A program made the position numbers and the translations under genes. A stretch of 62,446 nucleotides of DNA, counting the filler, from Globobulimina sp. (taxonomy: Eukaryota), in NCBI GenBank assembly GCA_003354225.1. It is 29 parts of 29 records of this genome, joined end to end, with 100 filler letters (N's around TTAATTAATTAA, not from the genome) between each part and the next. Parts side by side here need not be neighbours in the genome. Positions count along the whole stretch, not along the records: positions 1 to 2,058 come from PIVH01009366.1; positions 2,159 to 4,216 come from PIVH01009367.1; positions 4,317 to 6,374 come from PIVH01009368.1; positions 6,475 to 8,532 come from PIVH01009369.1; positions 8,633 to 10,690 come from PIVH01009370.1; positions 10,791 to 12,848 come from PIVH01009371.1; 23 more parts are not named here. One strand, 5' to 3'. Below the pieces are notes generated by a model, which did no database searches, was not told the DNA's origin, and saw only the letters and a list, made by a program, of their open reading frames with translations. Shown piece after piece: positions 1 through 12,611 of the stretch; the stretch's first letter is position 1; each line of letters opens with the position of its first letter.

Positions 1-2
1 CA

Positions 3-311
3 CGAAGGAGGATTTTATTAGATTCAGTTAAAACTGGAGAATTCAATCAATTTGAATTTGCGGTTCAATCAACAACCATTACATCTGACCATATTCAACC
101 AAATGATACAACAAATGATAAACTTAATGATAATAATATTATTATTTGGATAATTGCTGGCTGCACATTTATGGTTTTATTATTGTTGATAATATCGATT
201 GTGGTGGTTTATAAATTAAATTCTAACAATAAAAAATTAAAACAGCAAATCGAAAATGATCATGGAACTACACAATTGGAGGTCGGAGAAGAAACTAAAT
301 ATGTTGAGTAA
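3..311 (+). CDS. C-terminal fragment of a single-pass membrane protein
   Basis: Open frame from contig start: hydrophobic IAGCTFMVLLLLIISIVVVY followed by basic KLNSNNKKLK; TAA at 309-311. Confidence 0.55.
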   Translation, partial: RRRILLDSVKTGEFNQFEFAVQSTTITSDHIQPNDTTNDKLNDNNIIIWIIAGCTFMVLLLLIISIVVVYKLNSNNKKLKQQIENDHGTTQLEVGEETKYVE

Positions 312-573
312 AATCAAATTTTTTATTTCTTTCAAAATAGCAGTATTATTTTGTCTAACAACTTTTTTGTTGGTTTTTTCCGTTTGTGTGTGTGTGTATG
401 TGTTTATTTTAAATTATATACAATATATATTATCATTTTTTGTTGCCTTAATTTTACGCAGTATGTGACACTATTCACTGTTCAGCCAACGTTTTTTCAT
501 TAAATCCGCAGCGTTTACATACAGTGTACAAACCGCCATAAAAATATTTTTGACTCAAAGACTGTACGTCAAC

Positions 574-2058
574 ATGGCAACTTTACAATCACCGATGAGA
601 CTCAAACCAAGTATGAAAAAAACAAAATGTATGACAAGTGCACCAGTTTACACTTTCGATCAAAAGAGAAAAACGAAAAAGAAACAATCATGGAAACATA
701 GACTAACTGCACAATGTCATGGAAGTGCAATGCGTGATACCTTTGAATCATTACAACTCAAATTCAATCAAAATGATGTCTCTGATGACGAAGACAGTGA
801 ATCCTCAACATCTAGAAATGAATTACGTTCAATCGACGAAAAAAAGGAATCTCAAAACTTAATAAAACTACCAACATTACACAGATCGCACAGCACTCCC
901 ATTGTCGATATGAAACATTTTGAAATCGATTCAAACTCATTGACCATTTATGGCAATCATGAAACAGAGATAAGAGAGGTTTATAATCGCCTGATGTATA
1001 CAAAAAGATCTACGCGAATCGACATTGCACAAAACAACACCACTAAAAATGATCAAAATCACTCGAATCAGGATGAATTCCATGAGATTGATGATGACGA
1101 ATTCTTAGATGATGAATATTTCAATGAATTAGATGACGAATATCACAGTGAATTAGACGATGAATATGAAGATATTACAGATAATAAGGTTGATAATGAA
1201 GAAATTCGTCAATATTTAATAAAAGAGATCATCGATACAGAAGAGTCATATGTTTGTGGCTTAAGGTATAATAATATAATTTATGTTTGCTTTGTTTCAT
1301 TATATGTTTCCGTTTGTGCCTCCATTCAGTACATTATTATACGAATTCATACAACCAATATTCAATCAGAAAATGATCAAATTGCAATTTGAAGACATCG
1401 TAACTGGAAATATCCCGCAAATATTATCGTTTCATAAAGATTTCTTGGCGCAGTTACAAAGCAAATATGCAGAGGCAGTGAATAAGATAATTGCCGGCGA
1501 AGCGGTGATTGCCTTATTTTACAAGCTATGCAACAAAAAATTTGTAGAAATGTATGCTTTGTATACAATGCAATACAATTCAATAATGGATGTATTTGGC
1601 GGTGAAAAAAAGAATAAAAAGTTGCAAAAATATTTAAAAAACAAACGCAAACAACGTAAGCCATTGACAAATCATTTGATATTACCAATTCAGAGAGTGA
1701 CTCGATATTCGTTGTTATTGCGAGAATTGTTGGCAAAAACGGACGAAAATCATGGCGAATATACTTATTTGCAACATGTATTGATTAAAATTAATGCGAT
1801 GGTGACTGCGGTCAATGAAAAACAAAAAGAAATCGAGAATTTATCGCAGTGCTTAGTAGTTCAAGAGACAGTGAGTGGTTTAAATAGAAATATTGTGTGT
1901 AAAAATAGGATTTTTTTAGCTCAATTTTTATTTCGTAAGCATGAGAATCAACGCGGGAGACAATTTTTTGTGTTTAATGACATGATAATTATTACAAATA
2001 TTAAGTTAAAATGCAAAGTGGTGCTGGAAATGAGGACACTTGATATTAAAAAGAAGGA
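574..2058 (+). CDS. RhoGEF (DH-PH) protein, 3'-truncated; intron 1266-1329
   Basis: DH motifs IKEIIDTEESYV and LILPIQRVTRYSLLLRELL; PH start RQFFVFND. The GT..AG intron joins ORFs 550 and 1283 in frame (CGLS-TLLYEF). Confidence 0.9.
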
Positions 2059-2158
2059 NNNNNNNNNNNNNNNNNNNNNNNNNNNNNNNNNNNNNNNNNN
2101 NNTTAATTAATTAANNNNNNNNNNNNNNNNNNNNNNNNNNNNNNNNNNNNNNNNNNNN
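2059..2158. other. Artificial contig-joining spacer (first of 28; recurs about every 2,157 bp)
   Basis: N-run, TTAATTAATTAA (stops in all six frames), N-run; 100 bp. Flanking contigs decrease in length from 2058 to 2055 bp. Confidence 0.99.
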
Positions 2159-2274
2159 GCCGCAGACACACGCGGTCAAACGCAGACAATTTGTATCGAT
2201 CGCCTTGATCGACAATTAACTTCAGGCCCTTTCGCTCAAAGTCTGTCAAATCAATTTCGCGAAGCGATTGATCC

Positions 2275-2303
2275 TTTTATTCGGCAGGATCTGCCGAATA
2301 AAA
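2275..2303. terminator. Perfect 13-bp hairpin (bidirectional terminator or REP-like) downstream of the GT4 gene
   Basis: TTTTATTCGGCAG-GAT-CTGCCGAATAAAA, 30 bp past the stop at 2334. Confidence 0.6.
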
Positions 2304-2333
2304 ATGTCTGTGGCCGTCTGTGTCTGTCCGTGG

Positions 2334-3476
2334 CTAATTTGAAATTAATTTTAGATATGTTTCTTCCTGGCTTTTCCAATTGAATTTATCAACAAACCGG
2401 TTTGCATTTTTTACCAGTGACGCCCTTAAATCCGGATTTTCATATAATTCAACAATACAGTTTGCCAGATCATCAACATTCCCGGGATCAAAATATTTTA
2501 CCATATCATCATCAAAATAGTGCTGAATGATTTTTAATCGTGGAGCAATTACAGGAGTCTGCAGATACACATATTCCATCAATTTAACAGGCATCATGAA
2601 TTTATCTGTGGCCATATTCTTTTTATTGGGTACGACTCCAATATCATTCTCACTTACGATTTCCGGAATTTTTTCAACAGGGAAAAAAGATTTACTAAAA
2701 TATATATTTTTTTCCAATCCGAGCTCCCTGCTCAATGCTATGGAATCCTCTAAAAAATCACCCTCCCCATATATAGATAGAAACACAGGGATTTGATTTT
2801 TGATTTTTCCTATAGCTCTTATTAAAATATCTATTCCCTGTCTCTCTGTAATTGTACCATGGTATACCAGTTTGAACCTATTGTTTTTTCTAATTTTCTG
2901 AACGGGCTTAAAAATCTCCTCATTTGCCACATTCATGAAAACGGTAATTTTTTCTTCAGGAATTCCATATGTGATCAATGTTTCTTTCTGAAAATGATCG
3001 GCACAGAAAACCATGTCAGCAAAAGCAGCAGAAAATATCTGCTCAAATCTTAATATTTTGATCAGCCAGTGTTTTTCAGGAACAGAAAATTTTGTCTGAT
3101 ACAGGCATGTCATCAGATCATGCACATCAAGAATGATCCGTGCTCCCAACAATTTTGGAATAACTGCCGCAAAAACAATAAAGTTTGGCATATTATGGAC
3201 ATGAATGATATTGTATTTTTTTTTAAATTGAAGTGACAACAGCTTTACAAAAGCTTTGATGAAAAAAGTAAAATAGCTAAAAAAATATTTTAATGTAGAC
3301 TCTCCCTGATATTTTTCTGATATATAGTAAATATCTCCCTTTTTTAAAATATCTCGATTTTTTTCATTTAAAGCGATTACATCTGTTTCAATATCATTAC
3401 ACCCAAGGGACTTCACATATGCCTTAATTCTTGCATCAGAATAATAATTTGCATATGCTATCATGCATACTTTCAT
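2334..3476 (-). CDS. Bacterial glycosyltransferase family 4
   Basis: DARI, HVHNMP, LDVHD, YHGTITERQGID and PVKLMEY motifs; no introns; operon-like with the upstream GT. Confidence 0.93.
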   Translation of the reverse strand: MKVCMIAYANYYSDARIKAYVKSLGCNDIETDVIALNEKNRDILKKGDIYYISEKYQGESTLKYFFSYFTFFIKAFVKLLSLQFKKKYNIIHVHNMPNFIVFAAVIPKLLGARIILDVHDLMTCLYQTKFSVPEKHWLIKILRFEQIFSAAFADMVFCADHFQKETLITYGIPEEKITVFMNVANEEIFKPVQKIRKNNRFKLVYHGTITERQGIDILIRAIGKIKNQIPVFLSIYGEGDFLEDSIALSRELGLEKNIYFSKSFFPVEKIPEIVSENDIGVVPNKKNMATDKFMMPVKLMEYVYLQTPVIAPRLKIIQHYFDDDMVKYFDPGNVDDLANCIVELYENPDLRASLVKNANRFVDKFNWKSQEETYLKLISN

Positions 3477-3574
3477 AATAGTATTGATTTAGTTCACAAT
3501 TAAAATATTCGGGATTTCAGGCAGGAGAAAGTAATTTCTGTTAGAAAAATAACATTGAGTCACAGCTCTTCAAT

Positions 3575-4216
3575 TCACTTTTTTCTCCATTTAATTATAA
3601 CTTTATCATAAATAGTTACAAGCCTTTCTGCGATTTTTTCAAGGCTCAAATGGCTGATTCTATCCCTACCATCTGGTCTTTCCTTTGCTTGCAAGACATA
3701 AAAAAGTTTTTCTGCTATATCGTTTTCATCGTATGCACATATATAACAATTTCGTGTATCTTTAATTATTTTTCGCACATCCCCGACATCAACACTTACA
3801 ATCGGAAGATTTGATGCCATTGCCTCCTTAACAACATTCGGTGAACCCTCAAAGTATGAAGTCATTATTAATACATCTGCCGCATTCATCGCTAAAGCGA
3901 GGTCTGACTGGGGGCTATTGTGAAAAACCCATAGTCTTGAGTTATCAAGTTTGTTTTTCAGTCTTTCTACTCCGGCCTGGGCCAGGCTAACATTTTTTAC
4001 AAATAAGTCTGGATTCCCAACAAAAAGCACAAGTTTTTCGTCCGGACTGAAACCATTTTTTTGCCGAATATCCTTTGAATCTTTTGGGCAAAACAAATTA
4101 AAATCAACACCATTAGGAACAACACTAACATTATTATCAAAAAAAATTTGATTGGCCATGTGTTCGATTTTTACAATAATATGATCAGTCCAGGGAACAA
4201 GTGCCTGTGTAACGAA
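3575..4216 (-). CDS. Bacterial glycosyltransferase family 4, 5'-truncated
   Basis: VPNGVD, FEGSPNVVKEAMA (EX7E) and SVDVGDV motifs. Confidence 0.92.
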   Translation of the reverse strand, partial: FVTQALVPWTDHIIVKIEHMANQIFFDNNVSVVPNGVDFNLFCPKDSKDIRQKNGFSPDEKLVLFVGNPDLFVKNVSLAQAGVERLKNKLDNSRLWVFHNSPQSDLALAMNAADVLIMTSYFEGSPNVVKEAMASNLPIVSVDVGDVRKIIKDTRNCYICAYDENDIAEKLFYVLQAKERPDGRDRISHLSLEKIAERLVTIYDKVIIKWRKK

Positions 4217-4669
4217 NNNNNNNNNNNNNNNNNNNNNNNNNNNNNNNNNNNNNNNNNNNNTTAATTAATTAANNNNNNNNNNNNNNNNNNNNNNNNNNNN
4301 NNNNNNNNNNNNNNNNTTTTTTTTTATTTTAATTCATTTGGTGGTGTTGTATCACCACAGCACCGATGGATAGTTTCATTGCTTGGAAATGTTAAAAAAA
4401 ATATGTTAGCAACGAATAGCATGTCAACGTGACAAACAACCGATATCAAGCAACATCAAAAAGTACATTTCTTGTTGACATTTTCAAATAAGGTTAATTA
4501 TTCCTCTTATTGTAGTTTTATTCTTATTGTTATTTCGAAATGACAAAGTGAAATATTATATGCATCGATTATTCCTATATTTTGTGAGGAAGAACTACGT
4601 TTCAAATTTTGCATAAGACTTACGTTTTAAATATACATTTTAGATTCCTACTCAACAGAGTGCCAATAA

Positions 4670-5964
4670 TTAAGTCATCAAAAAAACAAAAAAATATATA
4701 CATGCATGTACAATTACAAATGTTATACGTTTCTTAGCACCATCAGTCGCAATAAACTCTGTAACGCTCAAATCCACAAACTCTCCAGTTCCAGAATCCT
4801 TCCATTGTCCTCGACAAAGTAAAATATCCCGAAATAATACATTACAATGATACTGCTTATCTCCATCAATCATATTCCATCTATAATTGTCATAATATAT
4901 CGCATCCGTCGGCTCATCTTCAACCTCATATTTTGGCCAAAACGTTTTTCGACACCATTCAGTCGGTCTCATTGTATGACCATGAGGATCTCTAGCCTGT
5001 TGAGCCACAGTCGGTGCCTGTGTTGGAACTGGAGTTTGAACTGATCGATGGTTCACAGCTCCATCAGACAGCCAGCTATTGGTACGATACCCAAATTGAT
5101 AACAACTTGATACGTTTTGTGGAGTGAAACCGGTGTTATTTGCTGTCGGCGCGAATGTAGGAGCTGGAGTCGACATATGTTGATATTTCTTGTCATTGAC
5201 TGCAACCATTCCAGGAAATCCCATAAGCACAGAATCAGACCATGAAAATTGAATCTTGTCAGAGGTTATACTGCTTAATAATTCATCATAACTCAAAACA
5301 AATTGGTTACGGGAGTCTCTTGTTTCATTAAAATTATATCCAAATGGATACGCACTCGCTATAAATGATGATTCGTAATCATTGTTCAGAGTAAACGTTT
5401 CCGCATCAAAATAAAATTCATCATCACCGAACAACTGATGTTATTATAAAATATTACAGAAACAGAACAATTTATACACGTGAATTTATATAAAATTAAA
5501 TTAACTTTGATCCATTGTTTCCAATCATTATAAATTGACTTTCCAGCTCCTGTAAACCATGCAGATTGATTGTACAATTCAGGGAATATGAAATTTGTTG
5601 CAGATATTGGAACACTTTGACAATATAAATTAGTTAGTCCTAGGCCGGCAAAGAAAGATTTGGCACTGTCACTGTTGTCTTTATATATCAATGAACGATC
5701 ATCATAGCCAGGCCATGCTTTAATTTGCTGCTCAATATTATGAATGGCAGATAACGCTTCAGCTTCCAATATATTTGAATTGTCAGAGGAATAATAAACC
5801 ACTCGTAAATATGATGCAGCTATTGCTCGATAATAAAAATCTCTGTTTGCAAATCCACAACGAAAGCCTGTGATATTGGCTGTTTCTGGAGTGCTTATTG
5901 TGGCAGTTGCTATAGATAGCAATATGAAGCAAAGTAACATCGGTGTCATGGTGTCGGTCCACAA
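4670..5964 (-). CDS. Secreted/membrane protein, possibly a Patched/Dispatched-type luminal domain; intron 5435-5505; 3' end uncertain
   Basis: Signal-like LLCFILLSIATA; NILEAEALSAIHNIEQQIKAWPGY..C...SATNFIFP; PT-rich repeats. The intron joins WIK to LFGDD in frame. Confidence 0.45.
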
Positions 5965-6645
5965 ATATTTGATAGTTGTTAATTTACATATCCTTGCACT
6001 GTACGTATGACTCTCAAAGATGTTAAACAGTTAAAGTTTCGCACCGGCCAAGATCACTGAATTCATACTGCTTTCGAAATTTGGGGAAGCACTCCATTCT
6101 AACAGTGAGGACAACAAGTACACACAACAAAAACCGAATAAAATGATATTGTATACGCGGCGCAAAGAGGCATAACAACAATCAAATAACAATAATAAAA
6201 TGATCGATCAAAATGAGGATTTTTGATGTATGTATGTATACAATTGGGTTAAAATGCATTTTGACGTCGTTTCAAAAGACATGATACGATGATCTGTATG
6301 AATAAACAGAACGGCAATACTAGGAATCCAAAATTATAGTCATCCTCATTATAATGTCTCTCTTTTGTTTGGTTNNNNNNNNNNNNNNNNNNNNNNNNNN
6401 NNNNNNNNNNNNNNNNNNTTAATTAATTAANNNNNNNNNNNNNNNNNNNNNNNNNNNNNNNNNNNNNNNNNNNNAACATAATAAACATATACACACCAAA
6501 ACCATTCATATGCATAAACCATTTGTTTTTATATATTAATATATGAAATATAAAATATACATCTTCAACAAACAAATGGCACATTCATCAGTCACAAAAA
6601 ACAACAAAAATATATTGTACAAAAGCATTTATAAAAACTCTTTAT

Positions 6646-8115
6646 TTATATCGGATATTGACTTGCATTGATTGTATACGATGGGGATATTCCATATGAT
6701 GCATTATTATTATTATTGTAATTAATATGCTGATATCGTGGTGATTGTACCAATGATAAATTATAATTATTATTCGTCACAACAGCTTGATTTGCGGATA
6801 TCAGATTGGTCGTATTTGCCATTGTAATCTGCTGCGATTCAACATATTTATTACTATTCCTTGCCATACGATTCACGAACGATTCCATATTTTCTTTATA
6901 CTGCGTCAATTCCTGAATAACTTGCTTATAATAATTGATTTTATTTTGCAAATCGTCGGGATTTCCTATCTTCAAATCACTTATATTCGAATGGAATGCA
7001 TCAAAGCAATGACATGATTGTTGCCGATGGGTCAATAATAATTGATGTTGGTCCATTAAATATTGTTTGTCCAAATGTATGCCATTCACTTTGACCGTGT
7101 TATCCTTATTATACACAAAGGCAATACCAATGGAGATATTTGCATCAATCGCAATAATCCAAACATGTTCGATCCAATATTCATTCAACAAACAATTAAA
7201 CATTAAGATCGGCACCAAATTGATATCGTTTCTACGCCCACAATAAAGCGATAATTGTCTGATAATTTCCGGTTTGGTTAAACTTAACGTCATTCTTCTT
7301 TTGTTATTCACGCGGTTAAATATATTGATTTTGTGCCACTGGCATTCATTGATAATGTCTGCCAAATTATTCTGTAATACTTTTAATATCATTCCATTAT
7401 ATCCACAGCCGATCTCATTGTGGCATTCTTTTGCGTTTCGCCATGACATTGGTAGCAAATCTGCAGTGATTTCATACTCACTTTCAAGCTCTTTGGCAGT
7501 GAATAATTTGTTTAACATTTTCCATTTATATCCTCGCGATTTATTACAGGAAATGTCTTGTTTTAATATGACGCAATAAAGTATCTCATTGCTTGTCTTG
7601 TCATGAAAACCATAGTTTATTGCCTGCAGTCTGTCATTCTTTGTTGTGTTTTTATTCTGCAATGATAAGCAATAGGATTTGTCCATAAATGTATAGATAT
7701 TTGAAATATGTTCTTTTATTCGGGAAGGTATGATATTCTCTGTGAGAGATTTAGAAATTTGAATGTTTCCTTGAGCTCTGCGTAATGTGTTTGGTGCATA
7801 TCCGATGCCATCCGCTTTACTGTTTTTTCTCGGCTTTTTGCGGTTTTTATTCTTGCGTTTCTTAGTTCTTTTAGTTGATGGACTATTCATATCGTTATAA
7901 TTAAAAATGAATGCGGTGTTCTTATCTTTGCATATTTCGGATATGACATATTGCGAAAAATGGGCGATTTCATCGTCATTTAGTTGGATATCTTGCGGTG
8001 TGATCTCATCTGTAAAGTAAAAATTGAGTTCGTCGATATCTTCTTTACTTAGTGATATATCTTGGAAATTAATTTGTTTTTGTTTTTTAATTTGTGATAA
8101 TGACAAAATGGACAA
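6646..8115 (-). CDS. Hypothetical protein (start uncertain)
   Basis: 489-codon ORF with a basic NLS-like stretch, a globular core, a coiled-coil segment and an N/Q-rich tail. Confidence 0.7.
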   Translation of the reverse strand: MSILSLSQIKKQKQINFQDISLSKEDIDELNFYFTDEITPQDIQLNDDEIAHFSQYVISEICKDKNTAFIFNYNDMNSPSTKRTKKRKNKNRKKPRKNSKADGIGYAPNTLRRAQGNIQISKSLTENIIPSRIKEHISNIYTFMDKSYCLSLQNKNTTKNDRLQAINYGFHDKTSNEILYCVILKQDISCNKSRGYKWKMLNKLFTAKELESEYEITADLLPMSWRNAKECHNEIGCGYNGMILKVLQNNLADIINECQWHKINIFNRVNNKRRMTLSLTKPEIIRQLSLYCGRRNDINLVPILMFNCLLNEYWIEHVWIIAIDANISIGIAFVYNKDNTVKVNGIHLDKQYLMDQHQLLLTHRQQSCHCFDAFHSNISDLKIGNPDDLQNKINYYKQVIQELTQYKENMESFVNRMARNSNKYVESQQITMANTTNLISANQAVVTNNNYNLSLVQSPRYQHINYNNNNNASYGISPSYTINASQYPI

Positions 8116-8851
8116 ATATGAAAAATTTAAGTCAAATTAACCTGTTTCATTTTCGTTTGTAGCATTTGTAGGAGTTGTTATATTTTGTATGTTGAGGGGA
8201 TTGGAGTGTTGACGAGATAATGATTGTGCGGTGATGCTATGATTCGGCAACGCTCAAATTAATATGCTAATTAGCGGTGGAAACGGAACATACTCAGTTT
8301 TAAAATTGTGATAAGGAATATTTGTAATAATGTCAGGATTATTGGATGGATGCATTCTCATTTCTGCACTATTTGTTTGATTACCTTTGTTGTCGCAATC
8401 TGGATCGTATGAAGGCTGCTGTAACATTTATAGGAAAAACTCACACTTTTTCGCAACGCATTTATATACTCACTGACTCACATTTCTTCAGATAGAAACA
8501 AAACATAGCATGGGAAACAAAATTAATGTACGNNNNNNNNNNNNNNNNNNNNNNNNNNNNNNNNNNNNNNNNNNNNTTAATTAATTAANNNNNNNNNNNN
8601 NNNNNNNNNNNNNNNNNNNNNNNNNNNNNNNNAATGCTGTTAACAATGCTGTTAACATAATTTGGATTAATCATTAAATTCTCACTTCTACTCAAAAAAC
8701 TAAGCCTTGGGGATCATGGCAAATGAGAATGAAGATCTGGAGATACAACGCAGACATCACCATTGCATACAATCGGGTAGATTTAGTATTTTCAAAGTAA
8801 AGTTTGGTCATCTCAGAAACATTTGTTTTGTATCTATACCATTTCAAAAAT

Positions 8852-10611
8852 ATGCAATATAGCAACAGAGTTGGAACCATTCAAACAAAAGCAAATAATT
8901 TTAATACCAACAATGACAGTCATGTGTATGAGTCTGACCTTATTAAATCTGATAATAACGAAACTATGTCGAATATCCTATCAACAAACGATGCGGATCC
9001 ATATTGTTTCTCTGATATCGATATAAAACAACAACAAATAAATAACGAAGATTCCCCATATTCCATGATGTCAATCGATTATTCCACTCAACAACATAAT
9101 GGTAGTTATGGTACAATCACTCCATTTACAGATATTAATCCTACACCACACGCATACGACAAATCATTTGAATTAGAATTAGAATTTCCAGACACAAATT
9201 TGTATGATTCGCCCTTTGATGACACTCTAAAACATATTGCACATATTCATCAAAGGCCATCTCATACAAAAACATCCACTCTCAATCCTCAACCAATGGC
9301 TATGACTATGCCTCGTACGAATATATTAAGCATATTACTATCAAACAGCTGTGCTGGATTTGCCAAGCAACCAACAATATCGCTTGAATCGCAATGTTTA
9401 AATGAAAACGGATATGCTAAAACGAATAATATCTGTGATACCATGAATGGCCAAGTATTTGATGCAACAAAGCATGGCAGTAAGCTTGTTATTAAAAAAA
9501 GACATAAATCATTGGTGTCGAAAGAAAGTGCACTTAAAGAGGCCATAATATTGCGGCATTTGTCTGTGGATAATAAGCCCACAAATGATCACATGGCTAA
9601 ATATGTTCATTTCTTTGAAAGTGAGGATGCGTATTATTTAGTTATGAAGAAAGCGGGAAGTATAAATTTGGCGGATTATAATAAGAAAGCGCATGCTTTG
9701 ATTGCTGAGAAAAAGTTAAAAGTAAAACATTGGAGAAAAGTATGTGTCTTTGTCAAAATGTCGCCATTCTCTAATTATATCAGTTAACGTTTTTTGTTTG
9801 TTTATATATAGATTTTAAAATGCATATTTTGGCAGTTATCAGTAATGATACATTGGTTGCACAATGATATGAAGTGTATGTTTTATTTTGCGTACGTTTT
9901 TAAAATGCGGTTCAAATAATTGTAAATATGTACAGGTTGTCATTTGAATTTAAGTTTATCAAATGTAGTGTTGTTAAATTGCGATTTCATTCAACATAAA
10001 CAGACAGGAAAATATATCGCCGATCCAAACCTTCAAGTGAGATTAGTTGATTTTGGAGCTGCGGAAATCTTTGAGACCAAACATAAAAAGACTTCATTCA
10101 AGTGTATGAAGCAGGTATTTAAAAAAAGAAATTATTTATCTGCGCCAAATGTATATGCGAATCGAATGTATGACGCTGCAAAAGCAGGTTTGTCGGGTAC
10201 TGTATACTTAAATATGTTACATACTGTATTTAATATATAGATATTTGGTGTATGGGCATGATGTTATATGAGTTAGCAACCGGTTTAGAACCATATAAGT
10301 CACAAGATATTGGGCAAGATGTTGGATTTGGTATGGTTTTACAGAATAACTTAAGGGGATTATTAAGGAGACAAAATAAAACAAAGAATGTGAATAAGTT
10401 AATGTTAGCTTTAATGCGTAAAATGTTAAATATTGGGGAGAAGGATAGGATAAATATTCGGGATATTTTGGAGGATGAATGGTTGTGTTTATATTGGAAT
10501 AGATATAAATCACAAATCGATAAAAAGTCATTGTTTCAAACAATAAGAAATAAAACATTGTCGAAAAAAATGCAACATTTTCCGTATTATAATTTAAAAT
10601 ATTATTATTGA
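8852..10611 (+). CDS. Ser/Thr kinase-like protein, probable pseudokinase; introns 9740-9811, 9876-9935, 10188-10240
   Basis: LVIKK, alphaC E (LKEAIIL), catalytic loop CCHLNLSLSN, DFG, APN, DIWCMG. Three GT-AG introns restore the frame. Confidence 0.88.
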
Positions 10612-10974
10612 TAAGTGTTGACAAATAAAAGTCATATATTTATATCTTTTACAATGATTTCTTTTGTCCTTATATTTATAATATATCATCNNNNNNNNNN
10701 NNNNNNNNNNNNNNNNNNNNNNNNNNNNNNNNNNTTAATTAATTAANNNNNNNNNNNNNNNNNNNNNNNNNNNNNNNNNNNNNNNNNNNNATCCTGGCAC
10801 TCAGTGCACATTTTGTTGGAAGATCAAGAAATATTAAATGGTTTATTAATTTTATAGCGTCACATAAATAATTATTGTCGTTTAAATACAGTGCGTTTAT
10901 GCGCAAATCATGAATGAAGACAAAGAAGAATTATTTCTCAATTTTTTTAAATTATTGACTTTTGTGACGTTGTC

Positions 10975-12611
10975 ATGGCAACAGAATATGAACTAACAGC
11001 TCCCAACATATGTGGCATGATTTATGTCATCATATGTTTGATATTCATGACTCCATTATTATTATATTATTTATACAAATATTATAAACTGTATAAAACT
11101 GGTAAAATGGGCATTCGCCAAAAACATTTTATTATAATATTAGTGATGGAAACAGGCATAATTTCATTAATTGGCATAAACAGACCGGCTGTAGTTGCTA
11201 TGGAATTTTACAACTGGGATAATATTATATTAGATCGTATCAATAGAGCCATATTTATAGTATCATTATATGCGATATTTACATCATTTGTATGGCGAAT
11301 ATGGATATTATATTACGACACCAAATTAAATCAATGGCAGGAGAATTATGCATGGAAACGAGTAATAAATGCGGAAACAAACGAAGCAGATTGGTTTCGA
11401 TCAAATAGACACGTCTTTGGTTCATCCATTCGTGTCGGTACCTGCTTATTTGTTGTATGGTTAATAAATTGCATCATACATTATATATTATATGTTTTAT
11501 CCGATCATAATTCAAACGAACATTATTTCGAAGCATATTTCCAGAGTATCGTAGGTGCCATCTATGTAATCTGTATATTTATAATCTATTACAAATTACC
11601 CAAAAATAGAGATATATTTCGATTAAGAGATGAATTAAAAATATCATTATACATTGCATTATTCCCTCTCATTGCCTTTGCCATAAATATCACATGGCTT
11701 AAAAACACAATCTGGCAATACAATTATTTCGAGGAAGTGGTGTACTTATTATGTTGCGGCGGAATTGGTTTAATGTCGACAGCATTCGTATTGTATGTAT
11801 TTAAACATAGCACAATCAACACCTATCATGGTGCCACCATGCAAATGGGCAGCAAATTGGATAAGTTTAAGATCAGAACCCTGTCCAAAAAGAAAAATAG
11901 TACAAATTTATCAATAAAACAGAAAAAAGAATGCACCAAAATTGACACAAATACACCTGATTCCGACAGAAACGATAATGGTATCTCAATGGATGATGAC
12001 TTTAACGAGAAATTTAATTTTGTCGCAGAGAAATTTAACTATGTATTAGCCTCTGAGCCACGGTTTGAATTATTTATGTCGCACATTAAAAAAGAATTTA
12101 GTATGGAAAATATGTTGGCTTTGATTGAATTTTGTCAGTACGAAGATGTTATTATCGAACAGATGGATCAGTTAAGTGTTGATTTTCATGTACAACTATT
12201 ATGTACAACACATCAGATCTATTTTATTCATATATGTCCAGATTGGATGATCGGAAAACGTTTTTTAAGAAATATAATTTTGTGTTTTATGAAGAAATAC
12301 CGAAAAGTAAGATTGTGGATGATAAGAAAATGGATATTTGGCAAAAACATGTGGCATTATTTTCAAAATATATCAAAATCGGTGCCCAATTTGAATTGAA
12401 TTTATCATATCAAATACGTGCACAAAATACAAAATTATGTAACGACATCGTCAATAAAAGTAAAGATTGTAATTTGCATCGTGTATTAGACTGTGTTGAA
12501 GACATTTTAACATCAATTCGTGCGTTATTATTTGATTCGTTTTCAAGATTTGATGGAACATACAATCAACCCTTAAATCTAAAACTTCAATTGTCTGGAG
12601 TCTCTGATTGA
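10975..12611 (+). CDS. 7TM-RGS protein; probable intron 12176-12216
   Basis: About seven hydrophobic helices, then RGS motifs FELFMSHIKKEFSMENM, KYIKIGAQFELNLSY and LLFDSFSRF. Confidence 0.82.

Noticed and set aside
2159-4216. GT4 genes as horizontal transfer into the eukaryote
   Set aside because: The whole contig looks bacterial with no eukaryotic flank; a co-sampled bacterium is the simpler explanation.
10797-10810. GCACTCAGTGCACA shared with 25475-25488
   Set aside because: Only 14 bp; it may belong to a repeat family but is too short to support a call.
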